From: Bacteriovoracaceae bacterium
GTDB taxonomy: Bacteria; Bdellovibrionota; Bacteriovoracia; Bacteriovoracales; Bacteriovoracaceae
Length of the DNA: 64,000 nt
Reading direction: 5' to 3'
Assembly (NCBI GenBank): GCA_018649885.1
Contig: JABIHA010000035.1
Coordinates: 1 to 64,000 of the forward strand
In this document: positions 9,000 to 18,354 of the stretch, piece by piece
Layout of the letters: every line of letters begins with the position of its first letter
Numbering within the stretch: position 1 is the first letter of the stretch
The notes under the pieces: generated by a model
Database searches by the model: none
Seen by the model: the letters and a program-made list of their open reading frames with translations, nothing else
Told to the model about the DNA's origin: nothing
Made by a program: the position numbers and the translations under genes

Positions 9000-10934
9000 A
9001 TGAAGTTCAAGCAGCAAATCATCAAGTTTTGCCTTGTGGGCATATTGTTAATAATCTCTGTTGTGTATTTCAATGGGTCTCTTAGAGAAGATTTGGCCTC
9101 TTCAGAAAGTTTGACATCTCTTTCGGGATCAATTTCTGGATCAGTAAGTGAGCAGGGTGCTAGCTTGTCGACAAAACCCTTTGAAGTTAATGGCTCACCT
9201 GAAACAGGTCGATTAAAACTTAACCTCAACGGTGATGGTAGAGGATTAACTGAGGTCGTCATACCGCGAGTTATAAATAGCTTAATTTCACCACAAGAAC
9301 TTAGCCCTGGGGCACTGTTGGCCTCTGGAACCCTAGATGAAATTTTAAACCCAGAAGATGAAGTTGATGAAGATGATAAGCCTTTACTTGATTGGTTTAT
9401 TAATCGCATGGCCAACTGTCATCAAGATAAACCCTGGCATCTGTACTTAACGAGATTGGATTTAGATTCATTCTACATGGGTAATGAAGACATCCAAATG
9501 GATTTCACTGAAAACGAAGACAAAGATGTAATTAAGTTCAATGCCAATGTCCAAAATTTTAAAATAGGTGCAGCTGTAAAATTCGTCTGGGGAGAAGACA
9601 CGAGTGGTGTTATGGATACCTTACAGTGTCATGGTGAAGATTGGGAAATCAGCTTAGATGTTACTTTGCAAGGTGCTGAGTTAAGTATGAATGTCAATTT
9701 AGAGTTAGATCAAGAAAGCAACCGATTAAAAGTAAAAAATATTCAGCAATTTAGTATTGGTATGAGTGAGCTTATCATTAATGATGTTCAAGAAAACTTG
9801 GGAATCTGGGACGAATTTAAAGTAAGAACTGCTGTGAAAAGTGTTTGTGGTGTGAAATTTCTAACTAGTATTACCAATGTTGAAACAAGCACCTTCCTTG
9901 AATGTATAGAAGGTTTAGCTTTTACTGATGACGACAAAAATGGATTAATGACCCAAATTCAAGAAGGCATCAATCAATCTCTTGGTGATGCATCTGCTAT
10001 AACGGGTACAGGCACTAATGGATTGAATTATGACATAGATTTAGCTGCATTCGAGTTAGATGAAAGCAATGATCGTCTCAAAACTGACTGGAACCTTGGA
10101 TTAAGTTCAAGCAATAGTAATAGTTGCGCAGACGGCTTGAGTGAGGTGAATTTAAATAGTTATTCTATGGGTAGTACAAGTAGTGATCTATCTATTGCCG
10201 TTCCTTACTCTACTTTTAATCTTGTCGCCTACTTGGTGGCCCAGGATGGAAATTTCTGTAAGAGATTCAACTATGATGTATCAGGCGAAACGCTTCAATT
10301 TCAAATTCAACCACAAGGTAAAATTCAGTCCTATAGTGAGGGAGGATATCTTCACCTTGAAATACCTATATCAATGGAAGGTAGTGCTAGATCAATAACG
10401 GCTAGCTACACTGGAACTCTTCATTTGCGCTCCCATATAGGGTTAAATTGCAACTCAGGGTTGAGCCTAGAGCTTGAAGATATTGAACTTGATAATCTTG
10501 ATGGATCAATCACTGTTGCTGGAGTCGCAGTCAGTTCCACTGGACTTAATTCCGCCGCAAATAATGCAATCGATGACATTCTAGACGATTTAAATAGCAC
10601 TATAACAATTTCAGGGAAAGTGATAAACGGTGGTGAATTATTTGGAATAGAAATTAATGAAACAGTACAAAGTACTTCGGCACTTACCGTTGGCCTTAAC
10701 TTTATCAATAACCCAAATTCATGTGAATCTGAGGAATCATCAACAACAAGTGGTATAATTGCCACTCCAATGAATGATGATATCTCTGATATTTTAGAAG
10801 ACCACCCATTACAAGAAGCCGAGACAAATGGCTCACTTGTAAATCAACATAACCAGATTGATGAAGACTCAGCTGTTGGTGGTATCGCAATCGGTAATGA
10901 AAATGACCTTATTCTTGATCGGGTAGACCCTTAG
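9000..10934 (+). CDS. large acidic membrane-anchored/exported protein, possible BPI/LBP-like (TULIP) fold
   Basis: 644 aa, N-terminal TM/signal, long amphipathic beta strands, paired Cys; fold is inference. Confidence 0.7.
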   Translation: MKFKQQIIKFCLVGILLIISVVYFNGSLREDLASSESLTSLSGSISGSVSEQGASLSTKPFEVNGSPETGRLKLNLNGDGRGLTEVVIPRVINSLISPQELSPGALLASGTLDEILNPEDEVDEDDKPLLDWFINRMANCHQDKPWHLYLTRLDLDSFYMGNEDIQMDFTENEDKDVIKFNANVQNFKIGAAVKFVWGEDTSGVMDTLQCHGEDWEISLDVTLQGAELSMNVNLELDQESNRLKVKNIQQFSIGMSELIINDVQENLGIWDEFKVRTAVKSVCGVKFLTSITNVETSTFLECIEGLAFTDDDKNGLMTQIQEGINQSLGDASAITGTGTNGLNYDIDLAAFELDESNDRLKTDWNLGLSSSNSNSCADGLSEVNLNSYSMGSTSSDLSIAVPYSTFNLVAYLVAQDGNFCKRFNYDVSGETLQFQIQPQGKIQSYSEGGYLHLEIPISMEGSARSITASYTGTLHLRSHIGLNCNSGLSLELEDIELDNLDGSITVAGVAVSSTGLNSAANNAIDDILDDLNSTITISGKVINGGELFGIEINETVQSTSALTVGLNFINNPNSCESEESSTTSGIIATPMNDDISDILEDHPLQEAETNGSLVNQHNQIDEDSAVGGIAIGNENDLILDRVDP

Positions 10935-11003
10935 CCTCGTTGGTGTGATAGATATAATGACACTAATATAAATTTAATTTGAGTAGGGTATCAGTTTTCA
11001 GTT

Positions 11004-11669
11004 TTAGCACCATGATGCGTATTCTTTGGGTTTTTCGTTTAAGAGCTCTTCTATGTTGGCACGGATTAGTCTGTAGCCCACATTGCCAAAAAGAGTTTGC
11101 CTTCCACCGTTGAGAACGTAGCTTGGGCTGCCTTTCAGTTTGTATTTTTCTGAGAGTTTTCGGTCTAGGACTATTTGGGCCATGGCCTCACCTGAGTTGA
11201 GAAGAGCTTGAATACTTTTTTCTTTTATCCCGTGAGCTTTCGTGTGCTCAAAGAGCACTCCTAGGTTGGATATGTCTCTCAGCTCTCCAAAGTAGGCCTT
11301 TCTGATTTCACTGCAAAAAGAGGGGACAATATTTTCTACTTCACCTCTTTCAATAAGGATTTGGAGCGCCTTAATAAAGAGGTGGCAGTTGGTTGAAGAT
11401 GTAGGCATGTTTTTGAGGAAAAAATCTTTGTGCACGCTCATGTGTTCGAAGTCAGCAGCGACTTCTCTTACGTGAGCATTAAATTTTTGGGGACTTCCCT
11501 CGAAAGAGTTTTTGATTTTGTCTTCGACGTTGCCAAAAACAGAGAGGAAATGGCGATGGATTGCAACCCTATCGCCATACTCTTGTTTGACTTCAAAAAC
11601 GCGAGCTTCATCCACGTAGGCCCAAATACAAAATACATCTGTGAAATACTCTATATTAATAGGCAACAT
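11004..11669 (-). CDS. DsbA/FrnE-like thioredoxin-fold protein (DSBA family)
   Basis: IEYFTDVFCIWAY (single Cys) and LKGSPSYVLNG cis-Pro loop. Confidence 0.85.
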   Translation of the reverse strand: MLPINIEYFTDVFCIWAYVDEARVFEVKQEYGDRVAIHRHFLSVFGNVEDKIKNSFEGSPQKFNAHVREVAADFEHMSVHKDFFLKNMPTSSTNCHLFIKALQILIERGEVENIVPSFCSEIRKAYFGELRDISNLGVLFEHTKAHGIKEKSIQALLNSGEAMAQIVLDRKLSEKYKLKGSPSYVLNGGRQTLFGNVGYRLIRANIEELLNEKPKEYASWC

Positions 11670-11672
11670 GTC

Positions 11673-12275
11673 TTACTCGCAGCTTCTCATTAATGCCATT
11701 GCATTAAAATAGGTTAGCATCTTTTCTATATCTTCATCACTAAGAGCAGCTGCAAACCTATTCATGATGGGAGCCACTCTTGTTTTTGTTTTGAATGCGG
11801 CCATAGTCTTTTTTAGGTAGCTTAGCTTTTGACCATAAAGTTTAGGTGCAAAGTGATGGAAGGTTCCATGGCAGTGCATACAACTATTTTTTTGAACTAA
11901 GGCCTTTCCTTCCCGAAACTCTTTTTTAAAATCAGCTCTTTTATAATCAATTTTGAGATCAAAATCACATGGGTTACTTGAGGCCAAAAATGTTGAAACA
12001 TTTTCGATTTCTTTATCACTAAGTTTACTAGCAATTCCATTCATCATTTTAAGAATGTGATCAGTACGCGAACCTGATTTAAAGGCCTGTAGAGATCTCT
12101 TTATATAGACTGCTTCCTGGCCAAAGAGTACGGGGACATCTCCAAAGTTTACTGATGGATCGTGGCACTTCGAGCAGGTATTCATGAAAATTTCAGCACC
12201 ACTAAGCTCAGCAGCAGTCGCATAGTTTGAGGTGAAGAACATAAAAAGGGGGATCAAAATTTTAATGAGTTTCAC
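11673..12275 (-). CDS. periplasmic diheme cytochrome c (c4-like)
   Basis: signal peptide; CSKCH and CMHCH; P-x-L-x-GQ motifs and distal Met in each half. Confidence 0.9.
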   Translation of the reverse strand: MKLIKILIPLFMFFTSNYATAAELSGAEIFMNTCSKCHDPSVNFGDVPVLFGQEAVYIKRSLQAFKSGSRTDHILKMMNGIASKLSDKEIENVSTFLASSNPCDFDLKIDYKRADFKKEFREGKALVQKNSCMHCHGTFHHFAPKLYGQKLSYLKKTMAAFKTKTRVAPIMNRFAAALSDEDIEKMLTYFNAMALMRSCE

Positions 12276-12457
12276 GGCAGTGTATTCCTTTTTTATAATA
12301 GACCAATTTGCTTTGAATCAAGAGTGTACGTAGCGTGCAGCTAAAGTCATGGAGTCAGGCGGCGTCCTCAAAGTATGATTTTGCTTAGCTTTATGTTGTG
12401 TGGCGCAAAAACAAGTAGTTACAGTAGGTTAAGCTTACATTGAATTGTCCCGATCAT

Positions 12458-12498
12458 TGACTTGAAATCAGTGACAATGTATCACTGACTTTAAGTCA
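12458..12498. promoter_or_regulatory. TetR operator overlapping the sigma70 promoter of the GRE operon
   Basis: TGACTTGAAATCAGTGA-N7-TCACTGACTTTAAGTCA (15/17 inverted); TTGACT-17-TATCAC overlaps it. Confidence 0.75.
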
Positions 12499-12532
12499 TT
12501 AAAGTTGAAGTGCCCACGGAGCTTGAAAAACC

Positions 12533-13123
12533 ATGACCAGACAAGAAAAGAAATTACTGACCAAAGAAAGTATTAAAAAGGCGGCAGTCCACTGTTTTGA
12601 GAAAATGGACGTCGATAAAACTTTGGTGGGACAAATAAGTAAAGAGGCCGGTGTCGCCCACGGCACATTTTATGTTCACTTTAAAGATAAAGGTGAACTT
12701 CTTGATGCTCTTCTCGATGACTTTAACGAAGGGCTATTAAAAAAATGCAGACCCCTATTTGAAGGAGTGAGTTTATCTCCTGAAAGTACATATATTTTAA
12801 TTCCAAAGCTTTGTGATCTGATTCTGACTCACATGGAGCAAAATAAATCTTTTGTCAGCATCTATGTTCTGCGCATGACAAAGGGAGCTTCGGTTAAAGA
12901 ATTGAGAGAGGGGATCAACCCAAAAGTAGTGGGATTTTTTAGTGAAATCATGGGTTCAGTTTTTAAGTTAGAAAAGTTTGAAGGGATAGTGTTAATTCAA
13001 GGGATTTTAGCACTTTGGATGAGAGTTATTCTTCAATACTTTGACGGAGGCCCTCTCAGCAGAGAGAGAACTCTCGAAATACTACAAAAATCAACAATTG
13101 GTGTTTTATCAAATTTTAGCTAG
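12533..13123 (+). CDS. TetR/AcrR family transcriptional regulator
   Basis: QISKEAGVAHGTFYVHFKDKGEL helix-turn-helix. Confidence 0.95.
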   Translation: MTRQEKKLLTKESIKKAAVHCFEKMDVDKTLVGQISKEAGVAHGTFYVHFKDKGELLDALLDDFNEGLLKKCRPLFEGVSLSPESTYILIPKLCDLILTHMEQNKSFVSIYVLRMTKGASVKELREGINPKVVGFFSEIMGSVFKLEKFEGIVLIQGILALWMRVILQYFDGGPLSRERTLEILQKSTIGVLSNFS

Positions 13124-13133
13124 AGGAATGACC

Positions 13134-13928
13134 ATGAAAAATTCTATAGCAGACCTAAAAACGAAAGTTGTCATTATCACTGGAGCTTCTTCTGGCATTG
13201 GTAGAGAGATGGCCTTATCTCTTGGCAAGGCCGGCGGAAGAGTTGTTGCTGTTGCAAGGAGAATTGAGAAGTTAAATGAGCTCAAAGAAATAGCAGGTGA
13301 GACAATGCTGACTATCGCTGCTGATGTCGCAGTAGAGGCAGATTGCCAAAAAGTTATTGAGCAAACAGTTGAAAAATTTGGAAGAATTGATGTGCTGGTA
13401 AATAATGCGGGAATATCAATGAATGCTAAGTTTGAAGAGACAGATATCAGCGTTTTTAAAAACCTTATGGATGTTAATTACTTTGGCTCCCTTTATTTAT
13501 CAAAATTTTCTTACCCTCATTTATTAGAAACAGCTGGAAGTGTCTTTTTTATTTCCAGTGTTGTTGGAAAAAGAGGGTTTCCCACAAGAAGTGGATATTC
13601 AGCAGCTAAATTTGCAGTTCAGGGATTATTTGAGTCCCTCAGGGCCGAGTGGGTTCCACAGGGGATTCACGTTGGAATAATCTCTCCCGGTTTTACTGAT
13701 ACCTCAATTAGGTCCAAGGCCTTTAATGCTGATGGATCACTCAGAGGGGCCGATGGAAAAACTGCTGGGAAAATCATGTCTGCCGGTGATGCCGCTGGGT
13801 ATATTTTAGATGCAGTCTCGGCCAAAAAACGTGAAGTGATACTAACAGGTGCAGGAAAATTTATTGTGGGTGTGAACAAATTTTTTCCAAAACTAACAGA
13901 TACAATCGTAAATAAAACTCTAGGATAA
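13134..13928 (+). CDS. classical short-chain dehydrogenase/reductase (DHRS7-like)
   Basis: TGASSGIG, VARR (NADP-type), NNAG, YSAAK; GAGGA RBS before ATG 13134. Confidence 0.95.
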   Translation: MKNSIADLKTKVVIITGASSGIGREMALSLGKAGGRVVAVARRIEKLNELKEIAGETMLTIAADVAVEADCQKVIEQTVEKFGRIDVLVNNAGISMNAKFEETDISVFKNLMDVNYFGSLYLSKFSYPHLLETAGSVFFISSVVGKRGFPTRSGYSAAKFAVQGLFESLRAEWVPQGIHVGIISPGFTDTSIRSKAFNADGSLRGADGKTAGKIMSAGDAAGYILDAVSAKKREVILTGAGKFIVGVNKFFPKLTDTIVNKTLG

Positions 13929-13932
13929 AAAG

Positions 13933-14910
13933 ATGAATATTTTTATAACAGGTGCAACCGGATTTGTCGGAAGAAGTATTATGAAAGGGCTCAAAGCTTG
14001 CGGGCACAATGTTGCTATTCTTGCACTGCCTAATGAAAAAGTCACTGGTCTAAATGATATTGAAATCCATAGAGGTGATATCACTAAAAAAGAAACTCTA
14101 ATCGGAGTTATGACAGGGCAAGATGTTGTGATTCATCTTGCGGGTGCAGTTGGCTATGGTCAGGAAATGGATCTTTGCCGAAAAATCAATGTGGACGGCA
14201 CTGTTAATATGGCCTTAGAAGCACATAATTGTGGAGTCAAAAGATTTATTCACATGAGTAGTGTTGCTGTTTATGGCAGGCAAAACAAAGGTGCTATTAG
14301 TGAGAATACTCCTTTTCTCAAAATTGGAGATCCTTATGGTGATACCAAAATTGATGCTGAAGTTGAGCTCAATTCTATTGAAAAGAGAACTAAAATGAAT
14401 GTCACATATGTAAGACCAACAGTTATTTTTGGTCCAGGCGATGACAAATTTTTACCCAAGCTTTTAGAGAATATACAAAGTGGCAATGCAAAAATCATTG
14501 GGGATGGGAAAAATCGAGTAGATCTAATTCATATTGATGATGTGGTTAGATTCTTTGTTGCCATTCTAGAAAACCCAAAAAGTTACGGCCAGGCCTACAA
14601 TTTAACTAATTCGGAAAATGGCAACTGGGATCAGTTCTTAGAAACTATGGGGCAGGAGTTGAAATTAAACTCCAATGTGGGACATATTCCGTATCCTGTT
14701 GCCTACGCTGTTGCAGGAGTAATGGAGCTTGTTTCTCATTTTACAAAAAAAGCACCTAAACTTACTCGTTACGCTGTTCGAGTTGTAGGAAAGCACTATA
14801 ACTTCCGCACCGATAAGGCCCAGAAAGATCTTGGCTTTATGGCAAAAATTGGCATTAAAGAGGGAATTGTTCCACTAATTGCAAAGTATCAAAGAGGTAT
14901 CCAATGTTAA
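13933..14910 (+). CDS. extended SDR, NAD-dependent epimerase/dehydratase (3-beta-HSD/OleD-like)
   Basis: TGATGFVG, HLAG, HMSSVAVYG, YGDTK, RPTVIFGPGD; LTRYAV...KAQKDLG tail. Confidence 0.9.
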   Translation: MNIFITGATGFVGRSIMKGLKACGHNVAILALPNEKVTGLNDIEIHRGDITKKETLIGVMTGQDVVIHLAGAVGYGQEMDLCRKINVDGTVNMALEAHNCGVKRFIHMSSVAVYGRQNKGAISENTPFLKIGDPYGDTKIDAEVELNSIEKRTKMNVTYVRPTVIFGPGDDKFLPKLLENIQSGNAKIIGDGKNRVDLIHIDDVVRFFVAILENPKSYGQAYNLTNSENGNWDQFLETMGQELKLNSNVGHIPYPVAYAVAGVMELVSHFTKKAPKLTRYAVRVVGKHYNFRTDKAQKDLGFMAKIGIKEGIVPLIAKYQRGIQC

Positions 14911-17468
14911 TGAAAGTAAGACCAATCCTTGGGGTTAAATCTAGTCGGCTTAAAAGTCTTAGACGTCAACTACTTGATGCTCCTTATGAGTTGTGCACTC
15001 AAAAATCATACTGGATTACAGATTATTTCAAAAGCAATACACATCTATTTCAAAAGAAATCTGTAATAAGGGATATTGTCGAAAAAGTTCATTACAGGTC
15101 TTATAAGAAATCATTATTCTCTCTGGCAAAAGGGCAGGAGTTAGATCAAAAAAAGATTGCTATCAATCACAAACTTGGACAGTTTTATGCCAAAAACTAC
15201 CATGAACATTTGACTAGCTCGCTGCAAGTTACATACGCCAAGGCCTTGGCCCATACATTAGAAAATATGGAGCTTAAAGTTTATCCAGATGAGTTAATTG
15301 TGGGGAATTGTTCTTCTAAAAGAATTGGGGCACCTGTTCACACTGATTTGTCGGGAGTTCTTTTAGTGCCCGAGCTAGCAGACTTAACAACAAGGAAAGT
15401 AAACCCTATTGAGATGTCTAGTCAGCAAAAAGAACAATTAGAAGATGAAATTTTTCCATTTTGGTTTAATAAGTCAGTTCTATTTCATACTTCACAAACT
15501 TTTGATGATCCAGCACTGCTAAACGATATGCTTAGTGGTGGATATTTTATACTTACCCAAATTGCTGGGATTTCTCACTTAACACCCAACTACCAAAAAG
15601 TTATTGAGGTAGGTTTTTTAGGGATTAAACAGGAAATTAAAACAGAAATCGAAAAGCTGAAAAAGCTTGAACAAAGTGATGAGAACGTTACTAAATTACA
15701 ATTTTTAAAGTCGTTAGTGATTTCAACTGACGCTGCAATTGATTACGGTGTGAGGTGGAGCAAGAAATTGTCAGAGCTTGCAATGGTAGAAAAAGATGAA
15801 AAAAGAAAAAAAGAATTGTGCGAATTGGCCGAAATGTTTAAAACCATTCCTGCTAAACCTGCAGAGTCTTTTCATCAGGCCTTGCAATCCATGATGATTA
15901 CTCATGTGATAGTACATCAAGAAAGTTTTCAACATGGAGTATCTTTTGGTCGTTTGGATCAATTCCTTTATTCTTACTATAAAAAAGATATTGAGAGTGG
16001 AAAAATAGATGATGAAAAAGTTGTAGAGCTTATTGGTTGTTTTCTAGGCAAAGCAGCTGAGCTTTTACCTCTCTTTTTTGAAAGGGCGACAGAATATTTT
16101 AGTGGGCTTTCATCAGCTTCTGGCATAACTCTTGGGGGCAGCACTCCTGATAGTGATGATGCCGTCAATGAGCTGTCTTATCTGATTTTAAGTGCCTATG
16201 ACCAAATGAGATTAAGACAGCCCAATATTCATGTCAGAGTCAATGAGAACACATCTCGTGATTTTTTGAATTACTCATTTGAAATTTTAAAAAAAGGAGG
16301 AGGAATACCGGCCTTTTTTAATGATCCCAAAATTATCACATCCCTGATAAATCAAAATTACTCTAGTGAGGACGCTCATGCTTACTCAGTTGTTGGTTGT
16401 AGTGAATGGGGAGTTCCCAGTAAAAGTTTTCCGGCAGCAGGAGCTGGTTTCATTAATTTGGCCTTTGCCTTAAATATGACCCTTGGAACCTATCGTGGAG
16501 ATTTTCTACAAGATCGCCGGGGAAATAAGATTTCTGATAGCACAAAATCCATTGAGGATGTGCTCCAGCTTTTCGAACTAAACCTCAAAGAGCTCTTAGA
16601 TGTGGCGGTCACTGGAAATAACTGTATTGAAAGTGTACATGCAAATTATCGTCCCACTCCTTTTTTGTCAGCGATTGTTGAAGGTCCTATTCAAAAGGCA
16701 AAAGATCTCAATGCTGGTGGCAGTATCTATAATAGTTCAGGTTTTCAAGCGGTGGGACTGGCCGATGTGGCCAATTCGCTGATGGCAATACAGCAAGTTG
16801 TATTTACCCAAAAGAAATTAACACTTTCAGAGTTTGTAGCGGTTATTGATTCCAATTTCAAAGACTATGACTCTTTGAGATCTTATATATTAAATAGAGT
16901 TCCCAAATACGGACAAGACAATCTAGAAGTAGATCAATTTTCACAAAAAGTGAGTGAGATTTATAGCAGACTTGTAAGTGAGCTGACTCATCAAAGGGGA
17001 GGGCGCTACCTTCCTGGGTTTTGGACAATGACAACACATCAAGGTTTTGGGAAGAGAACTGCTGCCCTACCATCAGGCCGCTTGCATGGTGAGTGTTTAT
17101 CCAATGGGATTTCACCTACTCTTGGAAGTGAGAAATATGGGCCTACTGCTGCGCTTAATTCGGCCAGTAATGTGGACTCTGATTTGGCCGGAAATGGCAT
17201 GATACTCAATCAAAAAGTAGACAAGCAAAATATTTCAGGTGAGCGCGGTAATGTGATTTTAGAAGGACTTTTAAGAGGTCATTTTAATGGTGGAGGGATA
17301 CAAGTACAATTTAATATCCTTGACCAGGATACGCTACTTAAGGCCCGCAAAAATCCAGATCTCTACAAAGACTTAGTTGTGAGAATTTCAGGTTACTCTG
17401 CTTATTTCAATGATCTAACAGAAGATATGAAAGATGAGCTGATTTTGAGGAATACTCATCATGTCTAG
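14904..17468 (+). CDS. glycyl radical enzyme of unknown substrate (PFL2/eliminase-like superfamily)
   Basis: VVRISGYSAYF glycyl motif (Gly830), single-Cys loop VVGCSEWG (Cys499), SFGRLDQFLY, RLRQPN. Confidence 0.95.
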   Translation: MLMKVRPILGVKSSRLKSLRRQLLDAPYELCTQKSYWITDYFKSNTHLFQKKSVIRDIVEKVHYRSYKKSLFSLAKGQELDQKKIAINHKLGQFYAKNYHEHLTSSLQVTYAKALAHTLENMELKVYPDELIVGNCSSKRIGAPVHTDLSGVLLVPELADLTTRKVNPIEMSSQQKEQLEDEIFPFWFNKSVLFHTSQTFDDPALLNDMLSGGYFILTQIAGISHLTPNYQKVIEVGFLGIKQEIKTEIEKLKKLEQSDENVTKLQFLKSLVISTDAAIDYGVRWSKKLSELAMVEKDEKRKKELCELAEMFKTIPAKPAESFHQALQSMMITHVIVHQESFQHGVSFGRLDQFLYSYYKKDIESGKIDDEKVVELIGCFLGKAAELLPLFFERATEYFSGLSSASGITLGGSTPDSDDAVNELSYLILSAYDQMRLRQPNIHVRVNENTSRDFLNYSFEILKKGGGIPAFFNDPKIITSLINQNYSSEDAHAYSVVGCSEWGVPSKSFPAAGAGFINLAFALNMTLGTYRGDFLQDRRGNKISDSTKSIEDVLQLFELNLKELLDVAVTGNNCIESVHANYRPTPFLSAIVEGPIQKAKDLNAGGSIYNSSGFQAVGLADVANSLMAIQQVVFTQKKLTLSEFVAVIDSNFKDYDSLRSYILNRVPKYGQDNLEVDQFSQKVSEIYSRLVSELTHQRGGRYLPGFWTMTTHQGFGKRTAALPSGRLHGECLSNGISPTLGSEKYGPTAALNSASNVDSDLAGNGMILNQKVDKQNISGERGNVILEGLLRGHFNGGGIQVQFNILDQDTLLKARKNPDLYKDLVVRISGYSAYFNDLTEDMKDELILRNTHHV

Positions 17469-18354
17469 AACTCTCGCGAACATTTTTGATATTCAAAGGT
17501 TTTCTATTCACGATGGGCAGGGAATACGAACAACTGTATTTTTTAAAGGTTGTAGTTTGAATTGTCAGTGGTGCCAAAATCCAGAGTCTAAGGCGCCAAA
17601 AAGTCAGCTCTACTTTGACCAAGCTAAGTGCCAGGATTGTAAAAGTTGTATTGGTTCTTGCCCTAGTGGTGCTATTTCAAATGGTGCCGGAAAAAGTGAT
17701 GTTGATTTTAATATGTGTAATGATTGCGGACAATGCGTAGAAAGTTGTCCCAATCTAGCTTTTGAGCTCTTGGGAAAAAGCTATACTGAAGATGAGCTAC
17801 TTGATAGTTGCCTCAAAGACCAAAGCTTTTATGAAAGCTCTGGTGGAGGAGTTACTCTCTCTGGTGGTGAAGCGGTTCTCCAGTCTGAATTTCTTCAAGG
17901 ATTTCTTCCTAAGTTAAAAGAAGCAGGAGTTCACATTTTACTTGAAACTGCTGGGAATTATCCCTTTCGCCTGCTTTCTCCATTACTGCCTTATATCTCA
18001 CATATATACATTGATATGAAATTTTATAGTGAAGACAAGCATTTAAAATACACTGGAAGTAGCAATCAGCTGATACTTGAAAATTTGGGAAAGCTAGTTG
18101 AGATGGACTTTCCTTTGACAGTGAGAGTACCGGGAATAAACGGGATTAATACTGACATAGATGAAAACGAAAAAATAGCAAGTCATTTAAACTCTCTGGG
18201 AATATCAGAGGTTGAACTTTTAAAATACAATTCACTTTGGGAATCAAAAATATCACGGATTGATACGGCTCAAAAACAATTAAATATTTCTAACAATGAG
18301 GACTATCTCCATGAACTTAAAAAGTGCTACAGCAAATATGACATTCGGGCCTAG
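17461..18354 (+). CDS. glycyl radical activating enzyme (radical SAM) with 2x[4Fe-4S] ferredoxin insert
   Basis: HDGQGIRTTVFFKGCSLNCQWCQNPE; CQDCKSCIGSCP and CNDCGQCVESCP; GVTLSGGE. Confidence 0.95.
   Translation: MSRTLANIFDIQRFSIHDGQGIRTTVFFKGCSLNCQWCQNPESKAPKSQLYFDQAKCQDCKSCIGSCPSGAISNGAGKSDVDFNMCNDCGQCVESCPNLAFELLGKSYTEDELLDSCLKDQSFYESSGGGVTLSGGEAVLQSEFLQGFLPKLKEAGVHILLETAGNYPFRLLSPLLPYISHIYIDMKFYSEDKHLKYTGSSNQLILENLGKLVEMDFPLTVRVPGINGINTDIDENEKIASHLNSLGISEVELLKYNSLWESKISRIDTAQKQLNISNNEDYLHELKKCYSKYDIRA

Noticed and set aside
14904..17468. Pyruvate formate-lyase (pflB) or cutC assignment
   Set aside because: Single Cys rather than the Cys-Cys pair, activase has a ferredoxin insert, and no cut/microcompartment context
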